Assembly (NCBI GenBank): GCA_965601925.1
Contig: OZ271854.1
Span: 3,808,001 to 3,872,000, forward strand
Length of the DNA: 64,000 bases
Direction: 5' to 3'
Source of the DNA: Alkalispirochaeta sp.
GTDB lineage: Bacteria; Spirochaetota; Spirochaetia; DSM-27196; Alkalispirochaetaceae
Part shown: in pieces, positions 1-9,845 of the stretch
Numbering within the stretch: position 1 is the stretch's first letter
Layout: each line of letters starts with the position of its first letter
Notes under the pieces: model-generated
Told to the model about the DNA's origin: nothing
What the model saw: only the letters and a program-made list of their open reading frames with translations
Database searches by the model: none
Program-made: the position numbers and the translations under genes

Positions 1-94
1 CGAATATCGCGGCTTCGTCGGGACGACGGTGTGTCTCGGGGCTGCCATCAGCATCGAGTACCCGGAGGGCTTCCTGTAGTTGTTGCTCATTCAT
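1..94 (-). CDS. 5' fragment of a gene running off the left edge; N-terminus resembles 2-oxoacid (pyruvate/branched-chain) dehydrogenase E1 alpha subunits
   Basis: ATG at 94 preceded by AAAGGA; translates MNEQQLQEALRVLDADGSPETHRRPDEAAIF. LRVLDADG resembles the E1-alpha N-terminal motif; only 31 codons visible. Confidence 0.4.
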   Translation of the reverse strand, partial: MNEQQLQEALRVLDADGSPETHRRPDEAAIF

Positions 95-196
95 GCACTA
101 TCCTTTGGGGATGATTTAAGTAGACAGAATATCCATTATCGGAAGTTGTGGAGCGCCGATACCGTGCGGCGATGGTGCGCGGCGTTCATGCGCTGT

Positions 197-490
197 TCAA
201 TCGTACCGATCTTTGCGTTCGCTTAACGAAGCAAAGGCGGACAAGATTATCGCAGCCGCGATAATCGGCGGAAATACATTGAGTACGCCGTTCACGGAAC
301 TCAGCCTTTCGATTAAGTCCGAGAAGAGATAGTCGGCCAATCCTCCCAGAAATGCACCGGCAATCGCCACTACTGCAGCTCCCCAATAATGGCCGGCGAA
401 GCGACGGCGAAAGACGTACACATAGATGAGTGCTATGACCATGCCGATAACCAGATAACTCAATCCTATGGCGAGAAAAAAAGTCGTCAC
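197..490 (-). CDS. Small integral membrane protein, GlsB/YeaQ/YmgE-like
   Basis: 97 aa, three hydrophobic segments, AIAGAFLGG motif. Confidence 0.5.
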   Translation of the reverse strand: MTTFFLAIGLSYLVIGMVIALIYVYVFRRRFAGHYWGAAVVAIAGAFLGGLADYLFSDLIERLSSVNGVLNVFPPIIAAAIILSAFASLSERKDRYD

Positions 491-561
491 GCTTGTATTG
501 GTATCATGGGGACGCCCGGCGACTCAAGCATTGATTTCCCGGCGGCCTTTTTTGCCGCCCA

Positions 562-1455
562 CTACGGATCATCGAGTGTCAGTCTTGCGGGCTCGAGTCT
601 CAACGGTTCGCTGTAGAATTGTGAAAAATCGGTCTCGTCTATGCCGTAACTGAGGACGTACCACACCACGGTTAGTTGGTCCGGGGAACCTGCGGTGAGA
701 TCGAGCTGCATTCGGCCCACGTCGAAATCGTCACTCGAATAACCCGATGCGTGCCAGAACCCTTCGAAGACGGTGCGCGGATCTGTGGGACCGTCCTGGT
801 CCGTGTTCCGTCGTCGGAATCCCCTCACCTGTTGGCCCGATTGATTCCAACTCACAATTACCTCGGCCTCGGGAAAATCGTCTTGATCGGGACTTCCTGC
901 GTCGCGTTGAAAGGGATCTCGGAGATCGATCGAGTACTGAATCGAGGACGAGGTTGGGTCGGTCGGAAGATGTGGAGGCCGCGCTTCCTCACCCACGATC
1001 TCGCTCGTTATGGAGAGATCGACGCCGGAGCGAACGGTGACCGCTACGGCACGAACAAAGTTGCGCTGCTGCAGGCGCGACGGTCCGGGCTCCCGGGGTG
1101 TGCTCTCGATAAAGGACTCGTCGCTTGTGATGGCGGTGCCGCCCAGCTCATAGAGCTTGTAGTACAGCTCATAGCCCTGAAATCCGCCTCCGTCGTTTCC
1201 CGAGCTGTGTTCGAACGTGAGAATACGGTTCTCTTCGTTCCCCTCAAAATCGGGATTCTCCGGGGGGTCGATAAACTGTATAGTCGGGATACCGCAGGCC
1301 GCGAGCGCCACTGCGCATAACGCCGCGGACGCGAAGCCGACGAGTACTCGACGACGACTGTGGCGCGTTCTGCAAGACGGCGGCGATTGCCGTTCATTTC
1401 CTTCGGCGCCGCGTCGGTTACGGATCGAATCCCTCGGGTACATCGACGAGCTCAT
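562..1455 (-). CDS. Putative lipoprotein of unknown function (start uncertain)
   Basis: Basic stretch, hydrophobic helix and lipobox ALAA-C(GIPT); acidic mature region; overlaps the cyclase stop. Confidence 0.7.
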   Translation of the reverse strand: MSSSMYPRDSIRNRRGAEGNERQSPPSCRTRHSRRRVLVGFASAALCAVALAACGIPTIQFIDPPENPDFEGNEENRILTFEHSSGNDGGGFQGYELYYKLYELGGTAITSDESFIESTPREPGPSRLQQRNFVRAVAVTVRSGVDLSITSEIVGEEARPPHLPTDPTSSSIQYSIDLRDPFQRDAGSPDQDDFPEAEVIVSWNQSGQQVRGFRRRNTDQDGPTDPRTVFEGFWHASGYSSDDFDVGRMQLDLTAGSPDQLTVVWYVLSYGIDETDFSQFYSEPLRLEPARLTLDDP

Positions 1456-3805
1456 AAATCAAGACGGGCTTGTTCTTGCCCTTGACTCGAATATTGTCGA
1501 GTTCGCGAGCGATAACGCGATCCTTTACCAAGCCGTAGGTGTTCTCGCTGATGATGACGTTCGTACCGTACTGCTTGTTCGTACCTTCCAGACGTGCGCC
1601 GAGATTAACGTTATCGCCCATGAGGGTGTAGTTCATGCGGCCCAGGCTTCCCATGTTCCCGACGGTCATGATACCCGAATTGAGTCCGATCCCGATATCG
1701 ATCCGTTTTCCCACCGGCCACTCTTCGTTGAGTTCGTTTAGTTTCTGCATCTGTCGGAGAGCGGACTTACACGCCAGCATCGCGTGCTCTTCCTGGGGCA
1801 ACGGCGCACCCCAGAAACACATGATTTCGTCTCCGACGTATTTGTCGAGCGTGCCGTTGTATTCGAGAATGATATCGGTCATCGCCGTAAGATAGATGTT
1901 CAGGTGATTGACCAGCTCTTGGGGAGTCATGGACTCCGAAAGTGTGGTGAAACCCCGGATATCGCTGAAGAAGACGGTGAGGTCTTTATCGACGCCGCCG
2001 AGTTCCGGAGGACTCTCGAGAATCTCCGAGACGACTGCGGGGCTAACGTACTTTCCGAACATTTCTCTGATGCGTCGCTTGTCGCGTTCTTCGGTGATAA
2101 CGCGATACACGACGATGCTCACGAATGTGAGCAACATGGCGATGGCGGGACTCGAGAAGTTGATGACCACGGCACGATCGTCAAAGACGCTGGTGACGGT
2201 GAAGAAAAAGACGATGATTATCACGAACGTGAGTAGCATCGCCCAGATCGTGGACAGGCGTGAACTCATCAGCGCGACGAGAAGCGCCGCTGCGGCGAGG
2301 ATGGCGAAATCGACCCACGACGGCACGTATTGAATGAAGCGGTCCATGATAATTGTGTTGAGGGCGTTCGCATGGACCTCAACACCGTACATCAGGCCGT
2401 AGGGAGTAAGCTTCTCATCGTCGGCCATGCCTTGCGCGAACGCGCCGACCATGACGATGTCGTTCTCCACCGCCCGCGTCGGTGGCCATTCGGCGGGATT
2501 GAAGCCGGGAACTCGGGCGGCATAACCGAAGTACGGCCGAACGGGAAACGTCTGATACCCGTCGCGCGCGGGGCTGGATCGGCGTCCCATGTAGTTGATA
2601 AGCATCGTTCCCTGCTCATCGATGGGAATGACGATCTCATCAGTGTCCCGATACTCCGCTTCGCGTACGAGGTTACCCTCTTCGTCGAACACGGCGGGCT
2701 CGATAAGGACGCGATAGTCCACCCACTCACCCGACTCGGTGTCGAAGTACTGCGGATCGGGAATGCGGATGTACTCACCGATTCGTACTTCCACCTCCGA
2801 GAGCGATTTGTTGAAATAGTCTGCGGCCAAGGCGAGCGTAATCGAGGGGATGAACTGCTCGCGATAGTGGCGCACCACGAAGGTGTACCGATCGGCTACT
2901 CCATCGCCGTCGTCGTCGAGCGGCAACTGCGGAGAACGCTCTTCCAGGTCCGAACGCAGAGTTTGAAGCGCCTCGTCGGTTAACGGGAGATCGATCGTGT
3001 GGTCTCTCCCCTGCTGATCGAACCATACGAGTCGTTCATATTCGCCGTAGTCGGCGGTCATCCCCGGGGAGAGTTCTTCGAAAAGATACTCCGACCGGAG
3101 TTCCGAGAGTCGGACGACCAACGGCTGGCGTCGAAACACGTTATCGAAGTCATTCCAGATGTTCGCGTGACCGTAACCTCCGGCGGCCGCCGCGAGCGGC
3201 TGCAGAGGCGGCTGCAAGCCGAAAAAAGACGGCATCGTCGTCCAGTCGCCGGTTACGTCGGTAATACGCCCGTCGGCCTCGAAGAGCCGTTGGTGTCGGG
3301 CGAACAGTTCATCGTAGCCGGAAGGCCCGGGGGCGCTGTACTCGACGATCGTCTCAAGAAATACGCGTCCGTTTTCCCGCATCGCCTCCAATAGGAGGGC
3401 ATCGTTAACCGCCTCATCGCTCGGCTCGATGAAAAAAAGATCGAGAAAGAGCGAGCGTTCGCGGCGATTTTGATCGGCGATACGCGAGAATGAGGTTATG
3501 AGATCGGCGTGGCGATACCGAGGAAACGGCCAACGGCCGAGGCGCGCCAACGTCGTGGGATCGATGGCCACGATTAATATGTCTTCCGATATGTTGTGGC
3601 TATATCGGACCTCCGTCGCACCCTCTTGGATCGTCTCGGAGCGTACGACGTTTTTGAGTCTAAAATGAACGTCGAGTAATCGCAACTCGAGTCGTTCGAG
3701 CATGGATGTACTCGCCGAAAGCAAGGTAAACAGCCCGACTATGAATAGAGCTATGATGAAGCCGAAATATCGTGTCTCAAAAAAAGTGGCCCGCTTTTGT
3801 GCCAT
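1418..3805 (-). CDS. CHASE2-domain class III adenylate cyclase
   Basis: N-terminal TM; CHASE2 motifs (IVAID, GRWPFPR, GVEVHANAL); three TM helices; catalytic FSDIRGFT, DKYVGD, YTLMGDNVNLGARLE. Confidence 0.93.
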   Translation of the reverse strand: MAQKRATFFETRYFGFIIALFIVGLFTLLSASTSMLERLELRLLDVHFRLKNVVRSETIQEGATEVRYSHNISEDILIVAIDPTTLARLGRWPFPRYRHADLITSFSRIADQNRRERSLFLDLFFIEPSDEAVNDALLLEAMRENGRVFLETIVEYSAPGPSGYDELFARHQRLFEADGRITDVTGDWTTMPSFFGLQPPLQPLAAAAGGYGHANIWNDFDNVFRRQPLVVRLSELRSEYLFEELSPGMTADYGEYERLVWFDQQGRDHTIDLPLTDEALQTLRSDLEERSPQLPLDDDGDGVADRYTFVVRHYREQFIPSITLALAADYFNKSLSEVEVRIGEYIRIPDPQYFDTESGEWVDYRVLIEPAVFDEEGNLVREAEYRDTDEIVIPIDEQGTMLINYMGRRSSPARDGYQTFPVRPYFGYAARVPGFNPAEWPPTRAVENDIVMVGAFAQGMADDEKLTPYGLMYGVEVHANALNTIIMDRFIQYVPSWVDFAILAAAALLVALMSSRLSTIWAMLLTFVIIIVFFFTVTSVFDDRAVVINFSSPAIAMLLTFVSIVVYRVITEERDKRRIREMFGKYVSPAVVSEILESPPELGGVDKDLTVFFSDIRGFTTLSESMTPQELVNHLNIYLTAMTDIILEYNGTLDKYVGDEIMCFWGAPLPQEEHAMLACKSALRQMQKLNELNEEWPVGKRIDIGIGLNSGIMTVGNMGSLGRMNYTLMGDNVNLGARLEGTNKQYGTNVIISENTYGLVKDRVIARELDNIRVKGKNKPVLIYELVDVPEGFDP

Positions 3806-3866
3806 CAGGACTCCTCGTCAGCGCAAAATACGGGCCGGATTCGTTTTTCTACCTTGAGAGAACGCG

Positions 3867-4586
3867 CTACTCTCCCGAACCGACCCCGCGGCTCGTGAGC
3901 CAGATTATACGGTTTCTTCCCAGATTTGTCCAAGTGCTGCCACCGTGCTCGTCGACGAGGCGATTGTAATAGTCGACCGCCAGATCCGTGTCGCCTTGCG
4001 ACTCGGCGATGCGACCGAGATTGAACAGCGCGTGCGGTACCTCGGCGTTGGGAGCGCCCTCGCCCGCGACAATTCTACCGTAAATCGTCGTCGCCGCATC
4101 CGGGTCGCCGGCGTTCTCGGCGGCCGCTGCCGCGGAAAAGAGGGCGATTGCGGCGAGGTGACTCTCGGGGTGCTCCTCGGCGACCGCAAGAAAAGCGTCC
4201 CGGGCGGCGTCAAAGTTACCGAGTTCCCACTCCAATTCACCAAGGACGAACCGACCGCGCAATGCACCGTAACGACGAGGAAGCTCCTCCATCGTAGCGG
4301 CTATCGCCGCTCTGAGAGACTCCTCCAAGGCGACGGTTTCCGGCGATATCTCGTCCTCGTCGGACGACGGCCGGCTTGCCCGCCACTCATCCCACACCTC
4401 GTCGATTTCCTCTGCCGCCAGGGCGCCGCGTTCAGCGCGGTTATTCGAAACTTGTGCGATTACCACGGTGGCGACGATACCTACGATTACGACCACCGAC
4501 AGCACCAGAAGCGTGGTTCTGTGATGCGAAAGAATAGTGTTAAGTCGATCGGAGAACGAACTCCTGTCTCGCGAATGATCGCTCAT
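3867..4586 (-). CDS. Membrane-anchored TPR protein (YfgM-like)
   Basis: N-terminal TM helix followed by TPR-like repeats (ALFNLGRIAE...AVDYYNRLV). Confidence 0.8.
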   Translation of the reverse strand: MSDHSRDRSSFSDRLNTILSHHRTTLLVLSVVVIVGIVATVVIAQVSNNRAERGALAAEEIDEVWDEWRASRPSSDEDEISPETVALEESLRAAIAATMEELPRRYGALRGRFVLGELEWELGNFDAARDAFLAVAEEHPESHLAAIALFSAAAAAENAGDPDAATTIYGRIVAGEGAPNAEVPHALFNLGRIAESQGDTDLAVDYYNRLVDEHGGSTWTNLGRNRIIWLTSRGVGSGE

Positions 4587-6112
4587 GTCGAGCTATCTCC
4601 CTTACTGTTCTTGATATTCAGATCCTTGACGAGCTTGGAAAGGTACGACCGCTGGATGTGAAGCTCCCCGGCAGTCTCCGTATGATTCCATCCGTGTCGC
4701 TCCAGGGCTCGCCGAATGAACTGCTTCTTAAAAAGATTGACACTCTCTTTGAGGCTCTTCCCTTGATAGCGTTGGTCGGTCTGGCCGTCACCACCGTGCA
4801 ACAGAAGATCCTCGGGCATGATCCACTCGCGTCCGCTGATGACCACCGCGCGTTCCACGGCGTTCTCGAGCTCGCGCACATTTCCGGGCCACGAGTACGA
4901 AAGAAGTGCCTCGATAGCCTCGTCGGAGAAGCCGGTGACGTGCTTATTGGTCTCTCGTGCAAACCGCTTGAGGAAGAAGTATGCCAACTCGCCTATGTCC
5001 TCCGATCGTTGCCGGAGAGGCGGAATGTGAAGCGGCAATACGTTAAGGCGGTAGTAGAGATCGCTTCGAAACTCACCGCTCTCCACCAGCGCTTCGATAT
5101 TCTTATTGGTTGCGGCGATGATGCGCACGTCTACGGTGATCGACTCGCTCGCACCGACACGCTCAAAGGTTTTTTCCTGAATGACGCGCAGCATCTTTGC
5201 CTGCAGCGGTAGCGGAAGGTCGCCGATCTCGTCGAGAAAGATCGTGCCGCGATCGGCGAGCTCAAAACGGCCGCGCCGATCGCTCACCGCGTCGGTGAAT
5301 GCACCTTTCACGTGTCCGAACAGCTCGCTCTCAAGAAGCGTTCCCGGGAGGGCGGCGCAGTTCACACGGATGAACGGACACTTGGAACGCAACGAGTTGA
5401 GATGGATCTGCTCGGCGATTAACTCCTTGCCGACGCCGCTCTCACCGAGGATGAGCACGGTGCTGTCGGTCGGCGCCACACGCTCGACCAGTCCCAGTTG
5501 CTCGCCCATCAGCGGGCTCTTCCACACCAGGGTATGGTACCCCTGATCGGTATTGACTTGGTCCTGGAGGAGATCGATCTCATTCCGAACGCGTTGAAAG
5601 GTGCGCGCATTTTGGACGACGATCGCCGCCTGGTTGGCGAATATCTCGAGCCACTGAAGGTCGTCGTCGTCGAAGTTGCGCCCGTCACGCTTGTTGAGGA
5701 TCTCTATGACTCCGATACAGCGATCTTTGCCGCGCATCGGCACCGCCAGAATGCTGTTGGTCGTGTACCCGATTTGTCGGCCGATGTCGCGCTTGTGGCG
5801 CGGGTCCTCGTCGGTGTCGTTCACGATAAGGGATCGATTGTGTTGGGCGACCCATCCGGCGATCCCCTCACCCATCTCGAGGGAAAACTGTTGTACCTGT
5901 TCCCCCTTGGTACCCAGGGCAACTTCGAAATAGAGTTTGTTATTTTCGGGGTTTACTAACAGAAGCGACGATGCCTCACCTTTGGTGAGGAGCATCGCCG
6001 ACTCTACAATACGCTTAAGGACGGCACGAAGGTCCGAAAAATCCGAATTGATCAGAGCATTGATCTCGATCAGCGTTTGAAACCGATCGAGATCGACCTG
6101 TGCAAGTCCCAT
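4583..6112 (-). CDS. GAF-domain sigma-54-dependent enhancer-binding protein (GAF-AAA+-Fis HTH)
   Basis: N-terminal GAF; GESGVGKE, ESELFGHVKGAFTDA, FLDEIG, WPGNVRELEN; C-terminal HTH. Confidence 0.94.
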   Translation of the reverse strand: MGLAQVDLDRFQTLIEINALINSDFSDLRAVLKRIVESAMLLTKGEASSLLLVNPENNKLYFEVALGTKGEQVQQFSLEMGEGIAGWVAQHNRSLIVNDTDEDPRHKRDIGRQIGYTTNSILAVPMRGKDRCIGVIEILNKRDGRNFDDDDLQWLEIFANQAAIVVQNARTFQRVRNEIDLLQDQVNTDQGYHTLVWKSPLMGEQLGLVERVAPTDSTVLILGESGVGKELIAEQIHLNSLRSKCPFIRVNCAALPGTLLESELFGHVKGAFTDAVSDRRGRFELADRGTIFLDEIGDLPLPLQAKMLRVIQEKTFERVGASESITVDVRIIAATNKNIEALVESGEFRSDLYYRLNVLPLHIPPLRQRSEDIGELAYFFLKRFARETNKHVTGFSDEAIEALLSYSWPGNVRELENAVERAVVISGREWIMPEDLLLHGGDGQTDQRYQGKSLKESVNLFKKQFIRRALERHGWNHTETAGELHIQRSYLSKLVKDLNIKNSKGDSST

Positions 6113-6118
6113 GCAGGT

Positions 6119-7831
6119 TTAATTATCCTGTTTTTCTTTCAGCATGTCCCCGAGAGTCACGGTCGAGTCGTCCTCGTCGTCGTGGATATACTTCTCCAAC
6201 TCCTGCCGTTGCTCTTGACGGTGCAACTCGCGAATTGAGAGCGACAGACGCTGTCGACCCGGGCTGACCTCGGTAACGACCGCCTTCACCTGGTCGCCGA
6301 CGTGATAGCGTTCGATCGCCTCTTCGAAGCTCTCCGAGCGCGGATCGGCGAGGTTCATCTTGTTGATCAACCCCTCGACGCCGCCCTGAACGCGAACGAA
6401 CACGCCGAAGTCGGTAATATTGGTGATCTCACCCTCGATGATGCTCCGCGGCGGATAGGCGTCCTTGAGCTGCTGCCACGGATCGTCGCCGAGTTGCTTA
6501 ATACCGACACGAATATTGCGGTTCTCCGGATCGCTTAGGATAACGACCACCTCTACCTCACCGCCCTCCTGAAGGACGGCACCGGGATTCTTGTAGCGCT
6601 TCGTCCAACTGAGGTCGTCGACGTGCAAAAAGGCGTCGATGCCCGGCTCGATCTCTACGAAGGCGCCGGTCGCGGTAAGCTTCTTTACCGACGTCTGCAG
6701 GTGCATACCGACCGGATAGCGCTCGTCGATGTTATCCCACGGATTGTCGAGGACCTGCTTGAGGCCCAAGGAGACGCGACCCGCTTGGATATCGTAGTCG
6801 AGAATCTTGGTCTCGACCTCCTGCCCCGGCTGCAGCACCTCTTTGGGGTGGCTGATTCGCTTTACCCAGGACATCTCGGAGATGTGGACCAGCCCCTCGA
6901 TACCCTCTTCAATCTCGATAAAGGCGCCGAAATCGGTGAGTTTGGTTACCGTACCTTTGACGACCTGATCGACGTAGTACTTATCTTCGAAGGTCTCCCA
7001 CGGATCGGTGGACATGTGGCGGAGGCTGAGGTTGATCTTCTTCTCCTCGGCGTCCATCTTAATGACCTTCAGGCGGATCGTTTCGCCCTTTTTGACGTAG
7101 TCCTTGGGACGGGTGACGTGTCCCCAACTCATATCGTTGATATGCAGGAGACCGTCGAAACCGCCGAGGTCGATGAACGCTCCGAAAGAGGTGAAGCTCT
7201 TCACGACTCCTTCGACCTCGTCGCCGATTTCGACCTCTTCGAAAAACTTGCCGCGGTTTTTTTCCGTTTCCTGCTCAAGCCATGCTCTGCGGGAAAGAAC
7301 GATGTTGACACGATTGTCGCTATAGATGCGCTCGATGAAGAAGTAGTCCTCAAGACCGACGTATTCATCGGGTTCTTCGACGCGTCGGAGATCTATTTTG
7401 GAGATCGGATTGAAACCGCGGACACTCCCGTGCAACCGTACCTCGAACCCGCCCTTGATCGCGCGCATCACTTTGCCTTTGACCGGCTGGCGCTCTTGGT
7501 AGGCGTCTTTTAGATCCTTCCAGAAGCGTTTTTCGTCCGCTTTTCTCTTCGAAACCGCAACGCCCCCATTGCGAATGTCTTTCCGCAGAAGCACCACTTC
7601 GACCGTGTCGCCGACCTCGGGCTCCGACTCGAACTCCGCCATTGGGATGCGACCTTCGGCCTTGTACCCGATATCGACAAAGACCTCGTCGCCGCTGATC
7701 TGTATGACCATGCCTTCGACGAGTTGCCCTTCTTCGAGTTCGTCCAGTTGATCAAGAAACTGCTTTTGCAGATCTTGAGACTGCGAGTCGTTCGAAGAAG
7801 AGTCGGCGAATTGCGCTTCCTTATCTGCCAT
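6119..7831 (-). CDS. rpsA: 30S ribosomal protein S1
   Basis: Six S1 repeats (FGAFIDLGGFDGLLHINDMSW etc.). Confidence 0.98.
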   Translation of the reverse strand: MADKEAQFADSSSNDSQSQDLQKQFLDQLDELEEGQLVEGMVIQISGDEVFVDIGYKAEGRIPMAEFESEPEVGDTVEVVLLRKDIRNGGVAVSKRKADEKRFWKDLKDAYQERQPVKGKVMRAIKGGFEVRLHGSVRGFNPISKIDLRRVEEPDEYVGLEDYFFIERIYSDNRVNIVLSRRAWLEQETEKNRGKFFEEVEIGDEVEGVVKSFTSFGAFIDLGGFDGLLHINDMSWGHVTRPKDYVKKGETIRLKVIKMDAEEKKINLSLRHMSTDPWETFEDKYYVDQVVKGTVTKLTDFGAFIEIEEGIEGLVHISEMSWVKRISHPKEVLQPGQEVETKILDYDIQAGRVSLGLKQVLDNPWDNIDERYPVGMHLQTSVKKLTATGAFVEIEPGIDAFLHVDDLSWTKRYKNPGAVLQEGGEVEVVVILSDPENRNIRVGIKQLGDDPWQQLKDAYPPRSIIEGEITNITDFGVFVRVQGGVEGLINKMNLADPRSESFEEAIERYHVGDQVKAVVTEVSPGRQRLSLSIRELHRQEQRQELEKYIHDDEDDSTVTLGDMLKEKQDN

Positions 7832-7837
7832 AATCGA

Positions 7838-8494
7838 TTAGTTACTCCTGCCGTGCGTGATTTTTTCGTGGATAATGGCAACCACTTTCGCACAAACTTG
7901 GTCGATGGTCAAGTCTGTGGTGTCGATATAGAGTGCCTCTTTGCTCTGTTCCAAACGCCCCATCGGTTTGGTGCGGTCGATGCGGTCGCGTTCCTCTATC
8001 GCCTCTCGTATCGCCTCGATCTTACCCTGCCTGCCCAACTGTTCGAAGCGACGCTGAGCCCGGATGTGGGGGCTGGCGTCCAAAAAAACCTTTACCTCGG
8101 CGTCGGGGAAGACGACGGTACTCATGTCGCGTCCTTCCACGACGATGTCCCGTTTCCCCGCGATGCGTTTGATTCGCCGGTTGACCTGAATGCGCACCTC
8201 GGGAATCGAGGAGACTTCGGCCACGGCGTCGTCAATGTCTACGGTGTGCAGCTCACCGGTACGTTCTACACCGTCGACGAGGAAGCGGTCGTCGGCAATG
8301 TCGATATCGATGCGCGCGGCGATTGCAATGAGTGCGTCCCTGTCGTCTTGTGTCGCTCGTTGTCGGAGCGCCTTCCACGTGATCGCCCGATAGAATCGTC
8401 CCGAGTTGAGATAAAAGAAATCGGTCTTTTCCGCCACCAAACGGCTAACCGTACTTTTCCCGGTGCCGGCGGGGCCGTCTATCGCAACTACCAT
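7838..8494 (-). CDS. cmk: Cytidylate kinase
   Basis: IDGPAGTGKST P-loop, EGRDMSTVVFPDA, ERDRID. Confidence 0.97.
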   Translation of the reverse strand: MVVAIDGPAGTGKSTVSRLVAEKTDFFYLNSGRFYRAITWKALRQRATQDDRDALIAIAARIDIDIADDRFLVDGVERTGELHTVDIDDAVAEVSSIPEVRIQVNRRIKRIAGKRDIVVEGRDMSTVVFPDAEVKVFLDASPHIRAQRRFEQLGRQGKIEAIREAIEERDRIDRTKPMGRLEQSKEALYIDTTDLTIDQVCAKVVAIIHEKITHGRSN

Positions 8495-9312
8495 CGACGC
8501 CCGGTGCTCCTTTTGCGGTTCTTTGCTCGATCTTCCGCGCGGTGTGTGTTCGCTCTATCGCGGTATCGCGAGCCTCTAAGGGCCGCCGAGGAGAGACGGC
8601 GCATCTCCTCTCGCGTGAGGGGGCGGGCTTGACCCTCGGGCAAGTGACCGAGAGCGACGGGGCCGTACCGGTTGCGATAGATGCGCCCGATACGCAGGCC
8701 GAAATGGGCGAACACCCGGCGTATCTCGCGATTCTTGCCCTCTGCAAGCACCACGGAGACGCGGCGCGCCGAATGTCGCCGGTAGCGCACCATGCGGTAA
8801 TGGACGCCTTCTACGCGCACACCCCTCCGGAACTGGTCGAGCGCGTCGTCCGAAATCGGCTGATTTGCTTCGACAACGTATTCCCGTTCCAGCCCGGACG
8901 CCGGTCGCATGAGCCGTTGCGCCAACTCGCCGTCGTTGGTAAAGAGCAGAAGACCCGAAGAGAGAAAATCGAGGCGTCCGACCGAGAACAGGCGCCCCGA
9001 ATAGAGCGGCCTCACGATATCTATGGCCAGAGGTCGACCCTGGGGGTCGGCGTCGCTCACGAGGACTCGCGACGGCTTGTTGAGTGCGAATACGACCGTG
9101 GTACGCGCAGGCCGAATCGGCTTACCGTCGAGGTGCACCGTTTGTCCCTCATGCACGCGTGCGGCGAGATCGGTCACCGTCTCGCCGTCGATTTGCACGC
9201 GTCGCTGACGTACGAGCTCCTCGACTTGTCGCCGCGATCCCTTGCCGGCCTGGGAAAGAAACCGATTGATCCTCATTCCTTGGGGACCGTCGGGGTTGTT
9301 CGTATCATCCAT
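8488..9312 (-). CDS. rluB: rRNA pseudouridine synthase, RluB/RsuA family
   Basis: S4 domain, VGRLDFLSSGLLLFTNDG, EGKNREIRR; follows scpAB. Confidence 0.9.
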   Translation of the reverse strand: MDDTNNPDGPQGMRINRFLSQAGKGSRRQVEELVRQRRVQIDGETVTDLAARVHEGQTVHLDGKPIRPARTTVVFALNKPSRVLVSDADPQGRPLAIDIVRPLYSGRLFSVGRLDFLSSGLLLFTNDGELAQRLMRPASGLEREYVVEANQPISDDALDQFRRGVRVEGVHYRMVRYRRHSARRVSVVLAEGKNREIRRVFAHFGLRIGRIYRNRYGPVALGHLPEGQARPLTREEMRRLSSAALRGSRYRDRANTHRAEDRAKNRKRSTGRRW

Positions 9313-9844
9313 TGAGACTAAACCGTTCCCGCTCGACCTCGTCGAGCTTTGGGAGGTCGGCGATGCTTTCCAGGCGGAAATGCTGGAGAAACTCGCGCGT
9401 GGTACCGTACTGCGCCGGTCTACCCGGCGCGTCTTTGCGGCCGACCTCTTTGATAAGTTTGCGATCCAACAACTGGCGAATCATATTGTCCGCCGCGACA
9501 CCCCGGAGACTCTCGATTTCTCCGCGGGTGATCGGTTGCGAATAGGCGATGATGGACAGTGTCTCCATCGCCGCCCGCGACAGGCGACTATCGCGCTTTT
9601 TGCCGAAACGATCGCGTAATCGCGGCCACAACGACCGCTTCGGGTTCAATTGAACCGCGCCGCCGACCGTAATGAGCTCCAACCCGCGCGCCGTCGACTC
9701 GAGATCGCGGCGAAGCTCCGCCACGATCTCCTCGACTTGATCGCGGGCGAGGCCGCTGATCTTCGCGAGCGTTTTGATTTCCATCGGCTCGGACTCGAGG
9801 AATAGAATCGCCTCTATGACGGCCTTTTCTTCGTCCATCTCCAC
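9305..9844 (-). CDS. scpB: SMC-Scp complex subunit ScpB
   Basis: IEAILF, LSRAAMETLSIIAYSQPITR, GRPAQYGTTREFL; start placed at GTG 9844 just after the scpA stop (ATG 9838 is an alternative). Confidence 0.96.
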   Translation of the reverse strand: MEMDEEKAVIEAILFLESEPMEIKTLAKISGLARDQVEEIVAELRRDLESTARGLELITVGGAVQLNPKRSLWPRLRDRFGKKRDSRLSRAAMETLSIIAYSQPITRGEIESLRGVAADNMIRQLLDRKLIKEVGRKDAPGRPAQYGTTREFLQHFRLESIADLPKLDEVERERFSLNG

Positions 9845-9845
9845 C

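Noticed and set aside
1044..1397. Alternative ATG at 1397 implying a frameshifted lipoprotein start
   Set aside because: The AGGA is too close to the ATG, and the 562-1455 frame is open with an intact signal peptide and lipobox
5290..5320. GAFTDA instead of GAFTGA as a sign of a sigma54-independent activator
   Set aside because: GAFTDA is a common variant that keeps the key Phe and Thr; not diagnostic
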